From contig JAVCBW010000012.1 in NCBI GenBank assembly GCA_037917675.1, positions 1 through 28,995 on the forward strand: a stretch of DNA of 28,995 nucleotides. Direction: 5' to 3'. This stretch comes from Thermoproteota archaeon (GTDB taxonomy: Archaea > Korarchaeota > Korarchaeia > B14-G2). Positions 8,628 to 15,960 of this stretch are shown here, one piece after another; within the stretch, counting starts at the first letter, position 1, and the number at the start of each line of letters is the position of its first letter. The notes under the pieces were generated by a model. It saw only the letters and a list, made by a program, of their open reading frames with translations. It was not told where the DNA came from and did no database searches. The position numbers were made by a program, and so were the translations under genes.

Positions 8628-9046
8628 ACATCACATGTAAGCCTCAGGTCTATAGGGAGGCTGAGGCCTATGGCAGGATAAGGCTCAAGCCTGAGACCGT
8701 TGAGCTCATAAAGAGCAGGAGGATAGAGAAGGGCGACCCCCTCCAGGCTGCTCAGCTTGCTGCAGTGATGGCAGCTAAGAAGACGCCTGAGCTCATACCT
8801 CTCTGCCATCCACTACCGATAACACATGTTGAAGCTGAGGTGAAGCTAGGCTACGACTGCATTGAGGTGTGGTGTAGGGTGAAGACTACTGCTAAGACTG
8901 GTGTCGAGATGGAGGCTTTGACAGCTGTAGCTATAGCTCTTCTGGTGATATGGGACATGGTCAAGAAGTATGAGAAAGATGAGATGGGGCAGTATCCTGC
9001 TACCATGATCGAGGAGGTCAAGGTTGTGAAGAAGGTGAAAGGCTAA
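8606..9046 (+). CDS. moaC: Cyclic pyranopterin monophosphate synthase accessory protein
   Basis: Motifs are MVDI..K, KGDPLQAAQLAAVMAAKKTPELIPLCHPLPI and TGVEMEALTAV. I chose the start at ATG 8606, which is preceded by aaggaggtgggg (SD). The longer tracked ORF from 8474 is an out-of-frame read-through inside moaA. Confidence 0.9.
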   Translation: MPEVSMVDITCKPQVYREAEAYGRIRLKPETVELIKSRRIEKGDPLQAAQLAAVMAAKKTPELIPLCHPLPITHVEAEVKLGYDCIEVWCRVKTTAKTGVEMEALTAVAIALLVIWDMVKKYEKDEMGQYPATMIEEVKVVKKVKG

Positions 9047-9318
9047 GCTAGCATGCTATAGATCCTCTCGAATATCACCCTGACTTCTCTGATTATCTTA
9101 TGGCCCTCCTCTGTCAGCTTGTATATCCTGACTCTCCTTCTGACACCTCTCTCCATCCACTCTCCTCTTATCAGCCCCTTCTCCTCCATCTTATAGAGGA
9201 GAGGATAGACTACTCCTGGACTGAAGGTGAGGCCTGTGATGTCCCTTATCTTCTCTATGAGCTGGTAGCCATGCATAGGCTTCTCGCAGAGCATCACTAG
9301 TATCAGAGGCCTCAGCAT
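9043..9318 (-). CDS. PadR family transcriptional regulator
   Basis: The segment LILVMLCEKPMHGYQLIEKI...SPGVVYPLLYKMEEKGLI...YKLTEEG is a canonical PadR winged helix. I chose the start at ATG 9318, 4 nt after the stop of the upstream radical SAM gene. The tracked 161-aa ORF extends back into that gene. Confidence 0.85.
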   Translation of the reverse strand: MLRPLILVMLCEKPMHGYQLIEKIRDITGLTFSPGVVYPLLYKMEEKGLIRGEWMERGVRRRVRIYKLTEEGHKIIREVRVIFERIYSMLA

Positions 9319-9322
9319 GTCT

Positions 9323-10858
9323 CTAAACAGGAGCTTTGGCGGGATTCTCAAGGCAAGGCACCTCAAGCCTCTGGCTGACACTGCTATAGATGCAGCCAGG
9401 GTCAGGTGCAAGGTAGTCTCTGAAGTAGCCGTATGCTCTAGCTCTGCATCCTCCACAAACATACTTGAACTCGCAGCTTCCACACTCCCCCCTGAGCTTC
9501 TCCCTGTCTCTAAGGTCCCAGAACACATCGCACCCCATCCACACGTCGCTTAGGCTGTCTTTCTTCATGTCCCCAACTCTGAGAGGCAGGAAGACACACG
9601 GGTATATGCTGCCGTCAGCCTCTATTGCACAGTATAGCCTACCTGCTCCACAGCCACCTATGAAGCTGCTCAGATTGACGAGCTTCCCTCTAAGCCTAGG
9701 GTTATAGAAGTGTCCTGGGACGATGACTTCACTCCCCCCTTCCTCAGCTTGGAGGGCTACTCTAGCAAACTGGGGTGCTGTAGAGAGCACCTGCATCCTT
9801 GAGCTACTCTTGAGCCTGGCCCATAGCATCTTAAGAAGCTCTTCTCTCTCCATTGGAGTCAAGTCGAGGTCGAAGATCTCCTTTCCTCTACCTGTTGGGA
9901 CGAAGTTGTACATCATCCACCAGTCTACTCCAAGCTTCTCACAGAGCTCTATGATCTCCAGAACCTCTCTATAGTTCAGCTTTGTGACTGTTGTAGCGAC
10001 CTCAACGAACACCCCCTCCTCGACCAGGTTCTTTATTCCTCTGATAGCCTTCTCGAATGCTCCTTTCACGCATCTGAAGGAGTCGTGGGTTTCTGCTCTA
10101 GCTCCATCTAAGCTCACTTGGACATAGCCTATCCCAGCCTCTCTGAGCCTAGCTGCAACCTCCCTTGTGATCACTGTGCCATTGGTAGCTACAGCAGTGT
10201 AGAGCCCATGCTCATGGGCCAACTCTGCTATCTCATAAAAGTCTCTTCTCAGCAGAGGCTCTCCACCTGAGAAGGCTACTGCAACAACCCCTGAGTCAGC
10301 TAGGTCTATAACGACGCGTCTAGCCTCTTCTGTGCTCAGCTCTCTGTGTGCAGATTCGCCAGCTGAAGAGTAGCAGTGCTTACACCTGAGGTTGCAAGCA
10401 TATGTGAAGTTCCAGACGATGAGGAATGGTGCTCCAGGGGTGAAGGGCTTCCTCACACCGAAGCTAGCTATCCCTCTGAGAACACTTATGAGTCCTCTTC
10501 TCCAGTAAGGCTGCCTGAAGGCCTCGATGATCTCACTGAAGCTTAAACCAAATGCCTTCCCGCCAGCTTTAACAGCCCACTTGACAGCTGGCTTAGCCAG
10601 GTGCCTGCAGGTCCAGCAGGCTTCCTTCCTGGCTCCAGTGAGGAGCTCAAGGGCGACCTCAAGCCTGCTTTCACCATCCCTCTGGCAGCGTCCTGATAGA
10701 AGCATCAAGAGGCGCCTGGTGGCATTGTTATCGAGAGTATACTTAAGCAGGCTTATGCTGTCGACCTTCAAGCAGACACCTCTCAAACACGTTTCATCGG
10801 TTCTCTTCACATGATCTATTACATAGAAAAACTTTTCGTATTGAAAACATGTTGTCAT
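9323..10858 (-). CDS. Radical SAM / SPASM-domain enzyme with an N-terminal extension of about 150 aa (Cmo-like cofactor maturase or peptide-modifying maturase)
   Basis: Has NFTYACNLRCKHCY (CxxxCxxC), a GGEPLL glycine-rich SAM motif, and a C-terminal SPASM Cys pattern (GGCGAG...YPCVF...CGSCEFKYVCGGCRARAY). The N-terminal 150 aa carries additional Cys pairs and a PqqD/RRE-like stretch, LKYTLDNNATRRLLMLLSG. Confidence 0.88.
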   Translation of the reverse strand: MTTCFQYEKFFYVIDHVKRTDETCLRGVCLKVDSISLLKYTLDNNATRRLLMLLSGRCQRDGESRLEVALELLTGARKEACWTCRHLAKPAVKWAVKAGGKAFGLSFSEIIEAFRQPYWRRGLISVLRGIASFGVRKPFTPGAPFLIVWNFTYACNLRCKHCYSSAGESAHRELSTEEARRVVIDLADSGVVAVAFSGGEPLLRRDFYEIAELAHEHGLYTAVATNGTVITREVAARLREAGIGYVQVSLDGARAETHDSFRCVKGAFEKAIRGIKNLVEEGVFVEVATTVTKLNYREVLEIIELCEKLGVDWWMMYNFVPTGRGKEIFDLDLTPMEREELLKMLWARLKSSSRMQVLSTAPQFARVALQAEEGGSEVIVPGHFYNPRLRGKLVNLSSFIGGCGAGRLYCAIEADGSIYPCVFLPLRVGDMKKDSLSDVWMGCDVFWDLRDREKLRGECGSCEFKYVCGGCRARAYGYFRDYLAPDPGCIYSSVSQRLEVPCLENPAKAPV

Positions 10859-11000
10859 GGCTGGCAGAAAAGCTTCTATTCAGTGGCTTTAACCAGAGTT
10901 CTGGTCCACATGGAGCTGAAAGCCCCATGGGGCCTAGTCAGCATCCTTCTTCTAGTGGTGTAAGCTTTTATCTGTAGCTGGCAGCAGGGGCTAGATCCAG

Positions 11001-12290
11001 ATGCATGCAATCGAAGGTATCTTTCCTGCTATAGCCACCCCCTTTAGTGGAGGAGCTCTAGACATAGAGGCTCTCAGGTCTCTTGTAGAGCATCTGGTTG
11101 AGAAGGATGTGAGTGGTGTGGTTGTAGCTGGGACCACAGGAGAGTTCCCATACCTGAGCATGGAGGAGAGGAGAGCTGCTCTAGAGGCTGCTGTAGATCA
11201 GGTGAATGGGAGGGTGCCTGTCATAGCTGGAGCTGGAGCCTCCTCTACTAGAGAGGCTATAGAGTATGCTAGGCAAGCTGAGGACATTGGAGCTGATGCT
11301 CTGCTTGTTGTCTCACCATACTACTTTAAGCCAAGTGAGAAGGGCGTGTACCAGCACTACATGGAGATCATGGGCAGGATAGACCTGCCTCTGCTAGCAT
11401 ATAACATACCACAGTGCACTGGATACTATATCCCGAGGTCTGTGCTAGAGGACTTAGCTAGCGAGGGGCTGAGTGGAGTAAAGGACAGCAGTGGTAGCCT
11501 ACCATACCTAGCTGAGGTCGCAAGCTATCTCAAGGGGAGAGCTGCAGTGCTCTGTGGCCACGATGAGGTTGTGCTCCCTGCTCTGGTGCTTGGAGCTAGT
11601 GGTGCAATCTTGGCTTCAGCTAACATCATACCTGAGGTCTGGCTTAGAGTCTATAAGGCATTCAAGGAGGGTAAGCTTGAAGAAGCTAGGATGATGCAGG
11701 CTAGGGCTCAGAAGCTGGCTAGGCTGATAGCCAGGTATGGCCCATTGGCTGTAAAGGCTGCTCTGAGAGACCTAGGGCTCCCAGCTGGCAGGTGTAGAGC
11801 TCCTCTGAAGGCTGGTGGCTCACTGCCAAGAGAGGTCAGAGAAGAGATCAGGCTAGAGCTAGCGAAGCTGGGTGCAATCCCCATGGAGCTTCCGCCTGAA
11901 GCTGAAGTCCACATAGAGGTTGAAGCTGGCCTGAAGAGCAGTGAGGTCGGCTACAGGTGGGCTAGGGAGCTAGCTAGGCCTAAGGCCTTCAGGGAAGCTC
12001 TCCTAGCTGTAGCTGAGCCGAACCTGGCTGCTAAGCCTCCGACTCTGATAGTCCCTGAGGTCGATATCAGAAGCTTGAGGCAGGCTAGTATGGTCTATGG
12101 GCCAGTTCAGGCTGCAGTCGCTAGGGCTGTCATAGACTCCATTGGAAGCTCTATCCCACCTGAGGCTTGTGAAAGCCATGTCATAATAGTTAGGGTCAAG
12201 CTGAGCCCGAGCCTAGTGGACAGGAACGCTGTCTACTGGAGCACATACAGAGAGGTGGTGAAGGCATTGAAGGAGGTGAAGTGGAGTTGA
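11001..12290 (+). CDS. DHDPS/NAL-family class I aldolase fused to a truncated Fae-like (formaldehyde-activating enzyme) domain
   Basis: Residues 1-295 carry VVVAGTTGEF, LLAYNIPQCTG and the Schiff-base Lys context SGVKDSSGS. Residues 300-429 (nt ~11898-12287) resemble the central part of Fae (LLAVAEPNLAAKPPTL...YGPVQAAVARAV...IP) but lack the VGEAL N-terminus and the HPF C-terminus. TATA-like gcttttatc lies about 33 nt upstream. Confidence 0.8.
   Translation: MHAIEGIFPAIATPFSGGALDIEALRSLVEHLVEKDVSGVVVAGTTGEFPYLSMEERRAALEAAVDQVNGRVPVIAGAGASSTREAIEYARQAEDIGADALLVVSPYYFKPSEKGVYQHYMEIMGRIDLPLLAYNIPQCTGYYIPRSVLEDLASEGLSGVKDSSGSLPYLAEVASYLKGRAAVLCGHDEVVLPALVLGASGAILASANIIPEVWLRVYKAFKEGKLEEARMMQARAQKLARLIARYGPLAVKAALRDLGLPAGRCRAPLKAGGSLPREVREEIRLELAKLGAIPMELPPEAEVHIEVEAGLKSSEVGYRWARELARPKAFREALLAVAEPNLAAKPPTLIVPEVDIRSLRQASMVYGPVQAAVARAVIDSIGSSIPPEACESHVIIVRVKLSPSLVDRNAVYWSTYREVVKALKEVKWS
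11108..11169 (+). repeat. 62-nt tract identical to 12400-12461 in the downstream paralog
   Basis: The sequence tgtgagtggtgtggttgtagctgggaccacaggagagttcccatacctgagcatggaggaga is present in both aldolase genes at a constant offset of 1292 nt. The flanking positions differ. Confidence 0.9.
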
Positions 12291-13684
12291 AGCTCAGGAT
12301 AGAGGGTGTTCTGTCAGCTATAGTGACGCCTTTCAAGGAGGATGGCAGCCTCAACCTCGAGGCCTTCAGCTCTCTAGTGGAGTGGCAGCTCAAGGCTGGT
12401 GTGAGTGGTGTGGTTGTAGCTGGGACCACAGGAGAGTTCCCATACCTGAGCATGGAGGAGAAGGCTGAGCTCTTCGAGCAGGCTTCAAGCCTCCTGTCAG
12501 GGAGAGGCCTCTTCATAGCTGGCGCCTGTGCCCCCTCGACAAGGGAGGTAATTGAAGTAGCTCACCTAGCAGAGAGGTGTGGAGCTGATGCTCTGCTTGT
12601 CATCTCACCATACTACTTCAAGCCAACTGACAAGGAGATCTATGAGCACTATGAGAGGGTTGCAAGTGAGACTGCTGCTCCAGTCATACTCTATAACATG
12701 CCTAAGCTGACAGGCTATACCATACCATGGTGGGTTGTAGAGGGGCTTGCTGAGCTAGACGACATAGCTGGGATAAAGGACTCTTCTGGTAGCATAGCCT
12801 ACATCTCAACCCTATACGAGAAGGTTAAGGGGGAGATCTCGATACTCTGTGGCAGCGGGGAGGTCGTTGTGGGGGCTCTGGCAGCTGGGGCAGACGGCCT
12901 GATACTTGCTGCAGCAAACGTGCTACCAGAGGAGCTAGCTGAGATATACAGGCTCTTCAAGGAGGGCAAGGTAGCTGAGGCACGAGAGCTCCAGAGTAGT
13001 ATCCAAACTCTGCTGAGGCTCATCGGAAGCTATGGTGCTTCAGCTGTAAAGACGTGTCTGAGAGCTATGGGCTTCAATGTAGGACACACGAGGCCCCCCC
13101 TAATCCGAGGGGGCTCACCTCCATATGATGTCGAGATGGAGCTGCTGAGCAGGCTGGCTAAGCTTGGGAAGGTGAGCTTTAAGCCTACTGCCAGAGAATT
13201 CACTCTACTGGTTGGAGAGGCATTGACAACACCTGGCTCAGTTGACTTGGCTCACATAGACTTAGTGCTAGGGGTGGAGGATGGGCCTGTAGGTGAGGCT
13301 TTCAATGAAGCTCTCAGGGAAGAGAACCCAGCTAGGAGGCCTACTCTACTGGACACTAAGCCTAAGGTAGCTGTGGTCCCGACAACCCCTATGGTCAAGG
13401 AGAGGCATCGCCAGCTTTTCTACCACTATGCTACAAAGGGAGTTGAGATGGCTGTGAGAGAGGCTGCTGAGAGCGGGCTTATCCCAGGGGAGCTAGCTGG
13501 CAAGCTAGTCATGGTAGCTAACGTGTTCGTACACCCTGATGCAACGAACCCTAGGAGAGTGATGATGAACAACTATAAGGCTATGAGAGATGCCTTGATC
13601 AAGGCTCTCACAGGGAGACCTACCCTAAGCGAGCTATCTGCTCTAGGAAAGTCAGCTAGGCACCCGTTCAGGTATGAGCCTTAG
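12281..13684 (+). CDS. DHDPS/NAL-family class I aldolase fused to a full-length Fae-like domain
   Basis: Residues 1-300 carry VVVAGTTGEF, ILYNMPKLTG and IAGIKDSSGS. Residues ~307-467 (nt ~13199-13681) align end to end with Methylobacterium Fae as I recall it (VGEAL, LAHIDLVLG, AF, GLIP, VFVHPDA, NNYKA, ARHPF). The GTG start is preceded by aggaggtga (SD) and overlaps the upstream stop by 10 nt. Confidence 0.85.
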   Translation: MELKLRIEGVLSAIVTPFKEDGSLNLEAFSSLVEWQLKAGVSGVVVAGTTGEFPYLSMEEKAELFEQASSLLSGRGLFIAGACAPSTREVIEVAHLAERCGADALLVISPYYFKPTDKEIYEHYERVASETAAPVILYNMPKLTGYTIPWWVVEGLAELDDIAGIKDSSGSIAYISTLYEKVKGEISILCGSGEVVVGALAAGADGLILAAANVLPEELAEIYRLFKEGKVAEARELQSSIQTLLRLIGSYGASAVKTCLRAMGFNVGHTRPPLIRGGSPPYDVEMELLSRLAKLGKVSFKPTAREFTLLVGEALTTPGSVDLAHIDLVLGVEDGPVGEAFNEALREENPARRPTLLDTKPKVAVVPTTPMVKERHRQLFYHYATKGVEMAVREAAESGLIPGELAGKLVMVANVFVHPDATNPRRVMMNNYKAMRDALIKALTGRPTLSELSALGKSARHPFRYEP

Positions 13685-14341
13685 CCTCCCCTCAAGAACC
13701 ACGATGGTGTCGAGCGGAGTCCTCGCTGCTCCAGCGACCACGACATCAAACCCTGCCTTCCTCATGGCTCTAGCTAGGACTATAGCTGGAGTCAGGGTTG
13801 AGGCAGAGGCATATAGCCTACCTCCAGGCTTGAGGTGTCTAGCTGCTCCAAGAGCCAGATCTCTGAGTAGCTCAAGCCCTAGGCCAGCTCCCCACATGCC
13901 CTCTTTCATCGGGGTAGGCAGATAAGGTGGGTTAGAGACCACGACATCAAAGACCTCGCCTGGCTTCAGTGGGGTGTAGAGGCTCCCAAGCCTCACCTCA
14001 GCCTTCTCCATGAGCCCCAGAGCAGATAGGTTTGCGACCGTGCAGGCTAAAGCCTTCTTGCTCACGTCTACTGCAACTACCCTCCTAGCTCTCTCAGCTA
14101 GCAGCACGGTTAGAGCTCCACTCCCACAGCCTACCTCCAACACTTCCTCCCAGCCCTCTAGCCTTATGCACCTGGCTATCAGAGACGCTGACACCGTCCC
14201 AGCTGGCGTGAAGGCTCCAGGGCACACTAGAATCCTCCTGCCAGCAAACCTGACCCAAATTGGGACAGCTATAGACTTGTGTAGAGCTCTCAGGTATACT
14301 AGCGCTGCTGCTGTCTTCAGCCTTCTAGCTCTCCTCTCCAA
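13652..14341 (-). CDS. HemK/Mtq2-like class I SAM-dependent methyltransferase (NPPY motif; likely release-factor glutamine N5-methyltransferase)
   Basis: Has the SAM motif I LEVGCGSGALT, an acidic motif II VVAVDV, and the catalytic VVSNPPYLP. It is about 200-229 aa. It overlaps the upstream coiled-coil gene by 17 nt, so the two may be co-transcribed. Confidence 0.8.
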   Translation of the reverse strand: MERRARRLKTAAALVYLRALHKSIAVPIWVRFAGRRILVCPGAFTPAGTVSASLIARCIRLEGWEEVLEVGCGSGALTVLLAERARRVVAVDVSKKALACTVANLSALGLMEKAEVRLGSLYTPLKPGEVFDVVVSNPPYLPTPMKEGMWGAGLGLELLRDLALGAARHLKPGGRLYASASTLTPAIVLARAMRKAGFDVVVAGAARTPLDTIVVLEGRLRLIPERVPS

Positions 14342-15011
14342 TAGCCTTCAGCGCCTCCTCCAGCTGAGCTGCCTCCTCCTCCAGCCCCTTGATCTCCCTA
14401 CTTATCCTAGCCTCCTCCCCCTCATACTCCTCTCTGGTTATGTCCCCGATCTCCATTCTCGCATACTTCTCTTCTCTCTCAAGCTTCTTCTCCTCGAGCA
14501 CAGCCTTTACCTCAGATAGCCTCCTCTCGATCTCGTCTCTAAGGGATCTGAGCTTCTCCACGACTTCTGTAAGCTTCTCCCTAAGCTCTAGGTCCAGCTT
14601 CTCAAAAGTCCTCTCGCTTATCTTCCCGCTCTCCAATAGGCCTCTAAGCTTCCTCCTCTTCCTCTCGATCTCGGCCCTCCCAGCAGCAAGCCTTCTGACC
14701 TCAGCTCCAGGAGCCACTGGAGCTAGCGGAGGCGGAGGTGGTGGAGGAAGCTGGCGTTCAGGGGGAGGTGAGGGTAGAGCTGGTGGCTGAGGCCCTGTTG
14801 GCCTAGGCAGCTCATGAGAGGGTCCTCTGAATATCTCATGCATGAGCTCATTTCTCCTAGATCTGAACTGCTCCTCTGTTATCCTGCCGTTTATGAGGTC
14901 TTCTTCAAGCCTATCTATCCTCTCTAAGATCTTCTTCCTCCTCTTATACTCCTCCTCAGATATCCTGCCTTCTGCAAGATCTCTCTCTAGGTCTCGAGCT
15001 GTATACTTCAA
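14325..15011 (-). CDS. Coiled-coil protein with four SHOCT-like G-x-I-[ST]-x-E-x-[FY] repeats and a proline-rich linker
   Basis: The repeats are EGRISEEEYKRRKKIL, NGRITEEQFRSRRNEL, SGKISERTFEKLDLEL and IGDITREEYEGEEARI. The central segment PRPTGPQPPALPSPPPERQLPPPPPPPLAP is low-complexity. The rest is charged and heptad-like. Confidence 0.6.
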   Translation of the reverse strand: MKYTARDLERDLAEGRISEEEYKRRKKILERIDRLEEDLINGRITEEQFRSRRNELMHEIFRGPSHELPRPTGPQPPALPSPPPERQLPPPPPPPLAPVAPGAEVRRLAAGRAEIERKRRKLRGLLESGKISERTFEKLDLELREKLTEVVEKLRSLRDEIERRLSEVKAVLEEKKLEREEKYARMEIGDITREEYEGEEARISREIKGLEEEAAQLEEALKAIGEES

Positions 15012-15070
15012 GCATCCACCAGGCTGCTTGGCTCCTCTCTGTTAATAAGCGTTGTCAGCTGAGCTATCTG

Positions 15071-15403
15071 GTGCTAGGCTTGAGCCAGAGGGCTAGGGTG
15101 AGGGTCAAGGTAGCTGAGTCCTTCAGGCAGTACTATGTCTCTGGTTCGGTTGTAGGGCACTCTCTGACAGAGTTCAGGCTGCTATTCTTCAGGGATTCAA
15201 CTGAGGTGGCTGAGGGCTCTATTGAGGTGCTATCGCAGCCTTCTGTGGTCAGGGAGATGCTGCTTGAGGTCGTGATGTCTCCTGTGCAGGCTAAGCTGCT
15301 AGCTGAGCAGCTTTCCAGGAACATAGAGCAGTATGAGAGGGTTTTTGGGAAGATACCTGCCCCAGGAGGGGGGAGAAAGCCTCCTGAGACAATGTACACG
15401 TAG
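15071..15403 (+). CDS. Hypothetical protein, possibly DUF3467-like
   Basis: A 110-aa ORF with a GTG start. Its pattern (QYYVSGSVVGHSLTEFRLLFF ... VVMSPVQAKLLAEQLSRNIEQYERVFGKI) resembles DUF3467 as I remember it. This is not verified. Confidence 0.5.
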   Translation: MLGLSQRARVRVKVAESFRQYYVSGSVVGHSLTEFRLLFFRDSTEVAEGSIEVLSQPSVVREMLLEVVMSPVQAKLLAEQLSRNIEQYERVFGKIPAPGGGRKPPETMYT

Positions 15404-15464
15404 CTCAGGCTGTGAAGCTGACTTCATCGGCTTCCCTCAGGTGAGCGTCGTGTCATCACAGCTA
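15401..15464 (-). ncRNA. C/D-box sRNA (archaeal 2'-O-methylation guide)
   Basis: The minus strand reads uagc-u-GUGAUGA(C)-cacgacgcucac(12 nt)-CUGA(D')-gggaagc-CGAUGA(C')-agucagcuucacagc(15 nt)-CUGA(D)-gcua. It has a 4-bp terminal stem (uagc/gcua) and is 64 nt long. TATA-like atttaatt (15485-15492) is centred about 25 nt upstream on the same strand. Confidence 0.65.
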
Positions 15465-15497
15465 ATCTAATAACCTGCTCTCCGAATTAAATCTTGG

Positions 15498-15929
15498 GTG
15501 TCTCAGCTGCCTAGAGGCAAGCACATGGAGCTAGCTGAGTGGGCTAGGGCTCTAGCTGAAGAGTCATATATGGGTGCTGTGATAGTGGTAGAGGGCAAGA
15601 GAGACGAGGAGGCCTTGAGAGCTCTTGGAGTCGATGGGTGCTTCGAGCATGCATCCAGGCTGCTGTCTCTGCTCAGGTGCACACCTAGCTATGCCAGCGG
15701 GAGAGAGTTCATCATACTTACTGACCTGGATAGCGAGGGTGAGGAGCTCGCTATACACCTGAAGAGGGAGATAGAGCAGTCAGGTGGGAGAGCTGAAACC
15801 AGGCTGAGAGCAGAGTACACGAGGATCCCTGGCAGGCCACCTAGGATAGAGGAGCTGGCTTCAGCTGTGTTAGATGAGAAGGAGGCTAGGAGAGCTAGGT
15901 GGAGAGCCAAGAGGCCGCATAGGCACTAA
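15498..15929 (+). CDS. Toprim domain protein (UPF0292 / small primase-like family)
   Basis: Motifs VIVVEGKRDEEALRALGV and FIILTDLDSEGEELA match the Toprim E...DxD signature. The C-terminus is basic. The start is uncertain, either GTG 15498 or ATG 15525. Confidence 0.75.
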   Translation: MSQLPRGKHMELAEWARALAEESYMGAVIVVEGKRDEEALRALGVDGCFEHASRLLSLLRCTPSYASGREFIILTDLDSEGEELAIHLKREIEQSGGRAETRLRAEYTRIPGRPPRIEELASAVLDEKEARRARWRAKRPHRH

Positions 15930-15930
15930 G

Positions 15931-15938
15931 TTTATATA
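15931..15938 (+). promoter_or_regulatory. TATA box of the 5S rRNA promoter
   Basis: The sequence tttatata is centred about 27 nt upstream of the predicted 5S 5' end (15961). This matches archaeal TATA-to-TSS spacing. Confidence 0.6.
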
Positions 15939-15960
15939 GTGGCCAAGTCCCTTGAGCTGA

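Noticed and set aside
9319-9528. A 70-codon N-terminal extension of the PadR ORF.
   Set aside because: It overlaps the SPASM C-terminus of the radical SAM gene in another frame. The PadR fold is complete from ATG 9318, which sits 4 nt downstream of the upstream stop.
10876-10944. Listing the 22-aa sORF upstream of the radical SAM gene as a CDS feature.
   Set aside because: It is too short and lacks Cys or other hallmark residues. It would contain the alternative TATA-like box (ggttaaagcc) for the radical SAM gene itself, and the upstream TATA is shared with the divergent aldolase gene. I kept it only as a hypothesis inside a finding.
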